Positions 59,098 to 64,000 of a stretch of DNA of 64,000 bases are shown here, in pieces (positions within the stretch are counted from its first letter, which is position 1; the number at the start of each line of letters is the position of its first letter). This DNA comes from Paraphysomonas bandaiensis. Lineage: Eukaryota; Protista; Chrysophyceae. The position numbers were made by a program, and so were the translations under genes. The DNA lies in NCBI GenBank assembly GCA_965644295.1, contig CBFFRP010000400.1, positions 139,747 to 203,746 on the forward strand, read 5' to 3'. A model generated the notes under the pieces. It was not told the DNA's origin. It was given only the letters and a program-made list of their open reading frames with translations, and did not search any database.

Positions 59098-61212
59098 AAG
59101 AGAGATTAAGTTGTTAGACTAGATAGATTTATTAATATCGTTTACACGAATTGTGTTAAACAACACAAGCTCGTTTTGTGCCATGCATAAATCACTACTT
59201 CTGTAGACCTTTCGCTACTAAACATATCTTGAAAGAGCAAACTATTTCAGTTTTCTCAATATCATAACAGCATCTACACATCACCATACTTCACTGTATT
59301 CTCGTACATTGTCTTCAAGTACCACATTGAATATACTAGGATACAGTCCATATTCTAATACTCCCACTCAATGTAGAATGCAGTGATACGAAACAACAAT
59401 GAGTACAGTGATCTTCATGCTATAAACTAGTCTCATAGGTAAAATAGATGTGAAATCTTATCAAGATACATATATAACTAGCAGTCAACTAGATATATAG
59501 TTATGTGGGATTCTCACCCACTAAAACACACCTTTAACCTCTTCGGGGTCGCTTCTTCTGCTGCTCCTCAACTCTGGTTGACACACTTCTCTTAACCCCG
59601 GTAATAGTTTTCTCATGACGACTGAAAAGTTTCGTTGACAATGCCTTCGTGAAAATATCAGCCGCCATATCATCCGTCGACACATGAATCAACTTTGCCG
59701 TAGGAAATTTTCCATTTACATGCTCTCTCACCCAGTGATACTTGATGTCTATATGCTTCGACCTCTTATGATACACAGGATTCTCGGAGAGATCTTTCGC
59801 ACTCTTGCTATCCATAAAGAATGGAGTCGGCTTCGCAACTAAGAGCCCGAGCTCCTTGAACACCCCCGAAGCCACACCAGTTCTTGCATAGCCGCATACT
59901 CCGCCATATATTCAGATTCCATGCTCGAAGTTGCAACTGTGGTCTGTAGTTTAGACTGCCAGGCCAATGCGCCTGCACATAAGAACACAATGTATCCTGT
60001 TGTCGATCGCCGAGTCAGTCTATCACCAGCCCAATCTGAATCACTGAACACATGTAAGTCGAACTCACTCCCACTGAATCTGATGCCCTCATCAATTGTT
60101 CCACGCAAATATTTCAATAAGTGAATCGCCAGTTTGCACGATGCATATGTCGGACAACTACTAAATCGAGACAATAACCCCACTGCATAAGCCAGATCAG
60201 GTCTAGTATGCATTGCTAGATACAACACTGCTCCAATAATTTGCCGATACGGAAATGAGTCAACCCACTGCTTCTGCTCCTCCGTAAGTTCACGTTCCTC
60301 TGCCAACAGATCCTGAACATTAGTAGGTAGTGGGGCCTCCTTATTCTTACTACTCTTTCCCATAACTGAGCTGAATTTCTTGATAATATTCTTAGCATAC
60401 TCAGATTGATCTAACATATACCAATTTTCTCCTCTGGTTATCCTGATGTTCAGAAATCGCTTACACACTCCCAGATCATGCATCTCGAATGTTTCACAGA
60501 ACCTACGCTTTACGCTTTCCAAGTAAGTCAGATCAGCGGATGCAATTATGATATCATCAACATATATCAATAATAAATGCAGTTTTCCGTTACTCCATCG
60601 CATATACAAACACGTATCCAAAATACACGGAGTAAAATGCAATGATTTAATAAACTTGTCAATATGTTTATTCCACTGTCGCGGTGAAGATCGCAGTCCA
60701 TACAATGCCTTGATTAGTTGAAAACACCATCCAGCTAGTAATTCCTCATCTGGTGGAGGTGCCATATAAACGTCATCCTCCAGATCTGCATAGCAAAATG
60801 CGGATGATACATCTAATTGATGCACATGCATCTGTAACATAAACGCAATCGCTAACACTAGTCTAATGGTTATACCCTTAACCACTGGAGCGAAAGTGGA
60901 CGGCTCCTCCTCCTTCTTCTCTTGGAGATTTCCTAATGCCACTAGCCGAGCCTTGTACTTTACTATATTCCCTAGTATGTCTCGCTTCACCGTATGCACA
61001 TATTTCGCTCTAACTAATTTCACTCCGCTTGGAATTTTCACTATCTTCAAGACACGTCTTTTCAGCAATGATGTCTTCTCCACCATCCGAGCTTTTCTCC
61101 ATTGTTGATACTGTGGAGATCTCTCTGCCTCGGCATATGAATTTGGTATCTTGATATCTTCTGTCTCTGCATGGTTAAGATCAATATTATGCGCATCCGG
61201 TACTTCAACCAT
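59098..61212 (-). mobile_element. Decayed Ty1/copia element 2: RT-RNase H with one frameshift (~59870), PPT and 3' LTR (~59360-59098); interrupted upstream by a gypsy element
   Basis: KYKARLVA, HQLDV, LYGLRSS, YVDD, SDSDWA, ESEY, KHIDIKYH, ADIFTK; PPT GAGTGGGAG then TATTA. Confidence 0.92.
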
Positions 61213-63110
61213 ATTAATCTCTCCTAAAACCGACGCGTTTGCCAGTCTCCGCTGCAGCCGTTTGCGTCGAACCCGACCATCTGTAATCTTTCTGATGAGA
61301 AAGACCGTGTTTACAACGTTTTATTAATTTAAAGTGCTTCCCAAACCGAGAATACACTGTCCAGAACACCAAACCGGTGAAACTGCCTCCTAACACAAGC
61401 AAACCGCGAGTATAGAATGAATTAAATTACGTTAAAACGTGTAAAGAAAGAAAGTGAAATCATACAACACTCTATCTTGCTGTGAATCATCTACAGTTTA
61501 CAGTATCATACTTGTACATATACGGGACTTATATCCCTTCAAGAATACAGTAACCGCAATGTATACTAAATAAACTGAAAATGAAAGTACAACAGCATGC
61601 TACCTAGAGTACCGCAGTATAACACCGTATAACTCCACGTATAACAGTAACTACAGGTATGCGTGACACTACCCCTTCTCCCTCCAGCTAGAGAAAAGAA
61701 ATAGGAATACATATCTGGGATAGATAGAAGTAACACTTGTATCAGCCAATATAGCGTCATTCCAAGCATTAGCAAATAAATATCCAATTCATGAAATAAA
61801 AGTAATAAACATACGTAGAGCAATATTATATAATAATAAGTATGAATAATAGTATGAATGTTATAATATATATATGTGATATAATCATGAAATAAATATT
61901 AAATAAATAAAAGTAATCAACAATTAGAGAAGAATAGTAGGATATTGTTGGCAGAATGCAGCATCCACCAATACCTTAGTAGAAGGATCAAATTCCGTGA
62001 CTCGACCATAGCAGTGAACGTCATAGGCACTCCATTCATATGTAGATTGAAACAAAGGGCAATAGAGGTCTATACGTAACTGGCGACGGCCAACCCACCG
62101 CACATAAGAACATTCGACAACATACATCGTTGTATAACAATTCGGCAGATTAAGTTCATCATAGAAATCTGAACCCCATGCACGCAAATCTACATAAATT
62201 GTTTGACCAGGTGACACCCCTTCGATAGGTATACGTTTCAAACGTGCACGTTCAGATTTTGCCATAGCAGCAGAAAACAACAGAGGGAACAATTGAGGTT
62301 TCTGCTCACAGAACGACTGAAATTGCGAGGTGGAAGCAATATCCTGTGACCATGGAAGCCATAATAACGAACCATCCTCAAACTGAACTTGGAATTCCAT
62401 TCGAGAACGAACCTCCGGATCTCCTCGGTATGCAATCACAGCAACCACAGTATACTGGTTAAAATCAATTTGCGCAACACGATATGCCTGCTCAGGCGTA
62501 CCAAAGAACGGTTTGAGCCATGACATGTGCTACACAACTTCAAAACGCATCACAACATGCATGCATGTGACATCAGCCTTATACGTGGATACCACTTCGT
62601 AAGGACCTTTGAAACGAGGGTATAATTTATTGGGCTTGTGCTGAGTTGGATCCAGCCGCAACAAAACTAAATCACCAGGCTGATATTCGTTCAAAGTATG
62701 TGCAGGCGTGGCAGACTTGCGCTTGTCTTGGATCTTGCGCTGAACATCCATGGCAACCGCTCGAATCTTCTGTAAGTTCTCATTCAAAATAGACACATAA
62801 CCCGCAGCAGAAGATTCATCCATAGTCAGTTCACCCAAACGAAAATATGGAATATCAACGGTACCAAACACATATTGAAAAGGAGAGAGTCCAGTCTCAC
62901 TACTGACTTCATCATTCAAAATGAACTGAATCAACATGTAACACTCAATGTCCCCCCATGAATCTTGCAACCTCTCATCGTGGACTAAACCCTGTAGAAA
63001 TCACAACAGCTCTCGATGAGATCGCTCGACCATATTAGACTCATGACGATTAGTTAATGACACTCGAAATCGAACTTCAAACCACTTCAATAGAAACTCC
63101 TCATAGAACC
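61213..63110 (-). mobile_element. Ty3/gypsy (chromovirus-like) 3' part: integrase C-terminus, GPY motif, chromodomain, PPT, 3' LTR (~61668-61213)
   Basis: TGLSPFQYVFG, GDLVLL, KLYPRFKGPYEVV, H..WLKPF, VIAYRG..EFQVQFEDGSLLWLPW; premature stop at ~62530; PPT GGAGGGAGAAGGGG then TGTCAC. Confidence 0.88.
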
Positions 63111-64000
63111 CAGCACTCACGAAGACCAATAATAGCAGTAGATTCAAAAACTAATCCCATCCACACAATAGCAAGATAAGCCCTCGGATAACGCCTTAAC
63201 ATCAATCTCTGTAGTTCCAGTCGGGAAAAACTTAACATGACAAATTGCATCCTCGCATCAACTACAGAATTCACTTGTAGTTAAATAGAATACCACAGTG
63301 AAATTAAAAGATACTGAATTCTCAAATGCTCATAAGATTTTGGATTAACCTTTGCCTTATATATCCAATATAACCAAATGAGAATTACGTAGAGCCACTA
63401 ATGGTCATGTAAATAGATTCCGCACTCAATGACATTAACCACAAGTATTTGATCATCATAAACTTCACGCAATTCAATTGTAGGAAATACGCTTCAACTC
63501 AAACACTTGTTCATTTCACCCGCCATTAGACACAATTGAATTTCCGTGAATACAAGTCCGAAGTGAATCAGAGAGACACTAACCTTAGGACTGAATAACA
63601 CTCCACCAAATACTCGCAACAGCCAAGTTGAGCAAGTCTTAGCTTAAACCTTGTTGTACCCAGACATACTACAACAACGTTGTAAAACTCTTATTTCATT
63701 CATCATAAACAATAGAAGCGAGTTCACAAAGAAACTTAATTAATCCACTATTCCGAATTTGAATCCATAATATTAACTCAAATCTCTCGTACCACCCTTT
63801 TGCAAGAAGAGACACACACAACTGGAAACCGTAAGTGTCTTACAACCCATTTTGACAACTGAATCTGAAAGTAATCAACCACCATCATCCATGTATTTGT
63901 GCACCAAACTCTACTTTGACATATCTTATTTTGTACAATAATTGTAATTCATCCTCTCGATTTTAGAACGAAACAATATTTGATTAATGAAAATATCACC

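Noticed and set aside
61287-61304. CTGATGA-GAAA hammerhead-like core in the gypsy LTR
   Set aside because: No stem II between CUGAUGA and GAAA; it is simply a TCTTTCT/AGAAAGA hairpin.

Overview
Eukaryotic nuclear DNA: AT-rich, with short GT-AG introns. The gene content suggests a stramenopile/ochrophyte-like protist (inference only). Host genes: a GT61-like/sulfotransferase fusion, a DGAT2-family acyltransferase, a CDPK-like kinase, a 2OG-Fe(II) oxygenase-ankyrin protein, NMT, an EGF+methyltransferase, SCYL2-like, a GT-B-like ORF, UTP25, RBM39 and a DUF707-like ORF. Mobile DNA: an intact, very young Ty1/copia element with non-canonical termini; a decayed copia interrupted by a chromodomain Ty3/gypsy; a gypsy gag fused to a DNA-transposase locus through a 2.57-kb fold-back palindrome; a KRBA2/GingerRoot-like remnant; hAT and Harbinger-like remnants; and MITEs. 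Most unusual observations: (1) a 39-bp tandem array that multiplies an in-frame splice donor inside the catalytic HPHG motif of the DGAT2-like gene; (2) the fold-back palindrome (hairpin-RNA locus or amplification chimera); (3) a ~150-bp MITE and long (TACA)n arrays found only just upstream of gene starts; (4) extra C-terminal, possibly chromatin-reading domains on three unrelated transposases/integrases. No tRNA, rRNA or CRISPR array is supported. All family assignments come from motif recognition, not database searches.
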